A DNA stretch of 64,000 nt, taken from the NCBI GenBank assembly GCA_003132025.1, contig PKWJ01000020.1:3220-67219 (forward strand). Reading direction: 5' to 3'. The notes under the pieces were generated by a model. That model worked only from the letters and a program-made list of their open reading frames with translations. It was not told the DNA's origin and searched no databases. Made by a program: the position numbers and the translations under genes. Below are positions 61,446 to 64,000 of this stretch, one piece after another (within the stretch, counting starts at the first letter, position 1; every line of letters starts with the position of its first letter). This DNA comes from Gammaproteobacteria bacterium (GTDB taxonomy: Bacteria; Pseudomonadota; Gammaproteobacteria; Steroidobacterales; Steroidobacteraceae).

Positions 61446-62407
61446 ACACACCGGCGCGACTGTTGTGGTTGATGATGTGCGTTGCGGGCGCAGGTGTCGC
61501 CGACGACGACGAGCGGCCGCAGGCCTCATTGCAGCCGGACAGTTCCGGCGCCTATGCGCTCACGACGTCGCAGCAACAGGCCGTGGGCATTCGTATCGAT
61601 CATCCGATGCAGATGGCGAGCCCACAGCAGATCGAAGCCTACGGGCTGGTGCTCGATCCGGTGACACTGGTGAGCGACGCGGGTCGTGTGGATAGCACCC
61701 AGGCCGCCGCCGCCGCCGCCGCGGCCGACGTGGCGCGACTGGACGGCCTGTACCGCAACAACGCCGATGCATCGCTCAAGTCGCTGCAGGCGTCGCGCTC
61801 GCAGGCGGCCGAGGCCGCCGCTCAGGCGCAGAGTGCCGCGAGCACCTTCAGGTTGCAGTGGGGACCGGTGGCGGCACTGGACGGTGCGCGTCGCAGCGAG
61901 CTGATCGAGGCACTGGTTGCCGGCCGTCGCCTGTTGGTGCGCGCCGATGTGCCCGGTCACCAGCTGCAGGGCGCCATCGCGCCACGCGCGCTGGTGATCG
62001 TCGACGGCATCAGTATCGCGGCGCAAGTGCTTGGACCATTGCCGCGGACCGATCCGCAATCGCAGAGCGCCGGTTGGCTGCTGCAGATCGACCACAGGCC
62101 GGATGGCCTGGGGCCAGGCGCGCGGACGCGGGTGCAGCTGCAGGCCGCAAGCGTGGGCGGCGTGCTGGTGCCGGCCGCGGCGCTGCTGTATGGCGACAAG
62201 GGCGCATATGTTTACCGCCAGGTCGGTGGCGGCGGCGACAAGGCTCAGTACGCGGCGGCGCCGGTCAAGTTGCTGGGGCGCGTGGGCGATGGCTGGCTGG
62301 TCGACGGACTGGGACGCGCCGACAGCATCGTGGTGCAGGGGGCTGGTGTGCTGTGGTCGCTCGAAGGTATCAGTACCTTCTCGGCCGCGGAAGAAGACCA
62401 CGACTAG
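61442..62407 (+). CDS. RND efflux periplasmic adaptor (CzcB/CusB-like)
   Basis: ATGA overlap with the OMF stop. Signal peptide, LTTSQQQAVGIRID start typical of heavy-metal adaptors, coiled-coil Ala-rich hairpin, and beta-barrel-like C-terminus. Confidence 0.65.
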   Translation: MNTPARLLWLMMCVAGAGVADDDERPQASLQPDSSGAYALTTSQQQAVGIRIDHPMQMASPQQIEAYGLVLDPVTLVSDAGRVDSTQAAAAAAAADVARLDGLYRNNADASLKSLQASRSQAAEAAAQAQSAASTFRLQWGPVAALDGARRSELIEALVAGRRLLVRADVPGHQLQGAIAPRALVIVDGISIAAQVLGPLPRTDPQSQSAGWLLQIDHRPDGLGPGARTRVQLQAASVGGVLVPAAALLYGDKGAYVYRQVGGGGDKAQYAAAPVKLLGRVGDGWLVDGLGRADSIVVQGAGVLWSLEGISTFSAAEEDHD

Positions 62408-62412
62408 CGCCC

Positions 62413-64000
62413 ATGCTTGCCACCATCGTTCGCGGGTCGCTCAAGTATCCGAGAATCGTCACCGCGCTTTCCTTATTGATCGCCATCCTTGGCGGCTACG
62501 CACTTCTCAACGCCCGACTCGATGTATTTCCCGATTTCGCGCCACCGCACGTGCTGGTGCAGGCCGAGGCACCGGGGCTGGATGCAATCCAGGTCGAGTC
62601 GCTGGTGACGCGTCCGCTCGAGGGCCTGCTCGCCGGCGCCGAGAACGTCGAGGCGGTGCGTTCCACCTCGAGTCAGGGTCTGTCGGCGATCCAGGTGGTG
62701 TTCGGCCGCGAGGGTGATCCCTACCGGCAGCGCCAGGTCATCACCGAGCGCCTGGCCGATTCCAGTTCGCTGCTGCCCAATGGGGTCGGTGCGCCGCTGC
62801 TGTCGCCGTTGAGCTCATCGATGGAGTACCTGCTGCACTTCGGTTTCACCAGCGAACGGCTGTCCCCGATCGAATTGCGCGACCTGATCCGCTGGACCAT
62901 CAAGCCGCAGATTCTGGCGGTGCCTGGCGTGGCGCAGGCGCAGATTTTCGGCGGTGATTCGCGCGAGCGTCAGCTGCTGGTCGACCCGTTCAAGATGCAC
63001 GCGGCAGGCGTCACGCTGGATGATGTCGATGAGGCGGTGCGTCGCGGCACGCAGCTGATCGGTGGCGGGTACCTGGAGACCGCAAGCCAGCGCATCGTGC
63101 TGCAGGCGCAGGCGCCGGGAGCCTCGCTCGAGTCGCTGTCACAGGCGGTGATCGCGACGCCGAACGGCGCGTCGCTGCGCATCGGCGACATTGCTACCGT
63201 GCGCGACGATGCAGCACCGCGATTCGGCGATGCCATCATCGGCGGCCAACCTGGAATCCTGGTCGAGACGTCGACGCAGTACGGCGCCAATACGCTCGAA
63301 GTCACGCACGATCTGGAGCAGCGGCTCGAGACCCTGGCACCGGAACTGGCGCTGCGCGGAGTGCAGTATCATCGCGCGCTGCTCAGGCCGGCGAGTTTCA
63401 TCGAGAGCGCGATCTCAAAACTGCGCAATTCGCTGCTGATCGGCGCGGTGCTGGTCGTGGTGCTGCTGCTGGTGACGTTTCGCGACTGGCGCGGCGCCTT
63501 CGTGTCCTTCAGTTCCATTCCGGTGTCGCTGCTGGCGACCATCTGGATTCTCACCAGCTGCGGCCTGTCGCTCAATACGATGAGCCTCGGCGGCCTGGTG
63601 GTGGCGCTGGGCGTGGTGGTCGACGACGCCGTGATCGACGTCGAGAACATCACGCGCCGGCGCCGCAGCGCGGGGCCGGGCGCGGCTCTGCGGGCGCTGC
63701 TGCTCGACGCGTCGCTGGAAGTCAGGCGGCCGGTGTTTTATGCCACCGCGGCCGTAGCGGTCGCATTCCTGCCGATCCTGATGCTGTCGGGTCTGCAGGG
63801 TGCATTCTTCCGGCCGTTGGCGACCGCGTTTCTGCTGGCGGTCGGACTGTCGCTGCTGGTGGCGATGAGCGCCACGCCGGCCCTGTGCGCGCTGCTGATG
63901 AACAGCTACACGCCGCGCGAGGAGGCCGGTTGGCTGCAGCGCTGCAAGCGACTGCAGCATTGGGCGATCACGCGCCTGCAGCCGCGCCCGGGTCTGGTGC
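62413..64000 (+). CDS. CusA/CzcA-family RND efflux permease, 3' end beyond window
   Basis: My translation from ATG 62413: MLATIVRGSLKYPRIVTALSLLIAILGGYALLNARLDVFPDFAPPHVLVQAEAPGLDAIQVESLVTRPLE. The frame is open to nt 64000 and is not in the ORF track because no stop is reached. Confidence 0.85.
   Translation, partial: MLATIVRGSLKYPRIVTALSLLIAILGGYALLNARLDVFPDFAPPHVLVQAEAPGLDAIQVESLVTRPLEGLLAGAENVEAVRSTSSQGLSAIQVVFGREGDPYRQRQVITERLADSSSLLPNGVGAPLLSPLSSSMEYLLHFGFTSERLSPIELRDLIRWTIKPQILAVPGVAQAQIFGGDSRERQLLVDPFKMHAAGVTLDDVDEAVRRGTQLIGGGYLETASQRIVLQAQAPGASLESLSQAVIATPNGASLRIGDIATVRDDAAPRFGDAIIGGQPGILVETSTQYGANTLEVTHDLEQRLETLAPELALRGVQYHRALLRPASFIESAISKLRNSLLIGAVLVVVLLLVTFRDWRGAFVSFSSIPVSLLATIWILTSCGLSLNTMSLGGLVVALGVVVDDAVIDVENITRRRRSAGPGAALRALLLDASLEVRRPVFYATAAVAVAFLPILMLSGLQGAFFRPLATAFLLAVGLSLLVAMSATPALCALLMNSYTPREEAGWLQRCKRLQHWAITRLQPRPGLV

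Noticed and set aside
61703-61726. A (GCC)6-GCG-GCC trinucleotide run encoding poly-Ala inside the adaptor gene, considered as a phase-variation tract.
   Set aside because: Slippage in a triplet repeat stays in frame, so there is no on/off switch. Poly-Ala runs are common in coiled-coil regions of GC-rich genomes.

Overview
This is a GC-rich proteobacterial chromosomal window that is almost entirely metabolic operons. I found no rRNA, tRNA, transposase, integrase, phage or CRISPR signal, and no recognisable defence genes. In order, the window contains: (1) a 5'-truncated, translationally coupled operon of a glutamine-synthetase-like ligase, an aldehyde dehydrogenase, an Fe-alcohol dehydrogenase, a choline/ethanolamine-kinase-like protein and a dimethylglycine-dehydrogenase-like protein (2-7110). 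(2) A TonB-dependent receptor with a terminator hairpin in its leader, followed by a TPR-sulfotransferase and a TPR protein (7.2-13.0 kb). (3) An APC permease and a Na/Pi cotransporter on the minus strand. (4) glpR-glpD, an amidotransferase and a secreted phosphoesterase. (5) A ~22 kb purine nucleoside uptake and purine-to-glyoxylate catabolic supercluster (21.0-43.1 kb): BMP/ABC transporter, NUP-family protein, guanine deaminase, exported nucleoside hydrolase, a second TonB-dependent receptor, uraH, xdhABC, puuD, puuE, a uraD fusion, allantoicase, ureidoglycolate lyase and DUF1810. (6) pqqABCDE on the minus strand plus an orphan secreted protein. (7) A NarL-type two-component pair. (8) cbbR divergent from a form-IC RuBisCO Calvin-cycle operon (cbbL-cbbS-rpe-cbbX-fbp-prk-tkt-gph-cbbY). 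(9) A small Pro-rich secreted protein and a CzcCBA-like efflux system that runs off the 3' edge. The candidate novelties are hypotheses, not demonstrated systems. They are the envelope-spanning layout of the purine cluster, the unassigned amine/amino-alcohol operon, the receptor leader with a terminator, the uraD fusion to a degenerate M20 domain, and several palindromic or shared operator-like sites. All family calls come from motif recognition by eye in the supplied translations. No database search was run.
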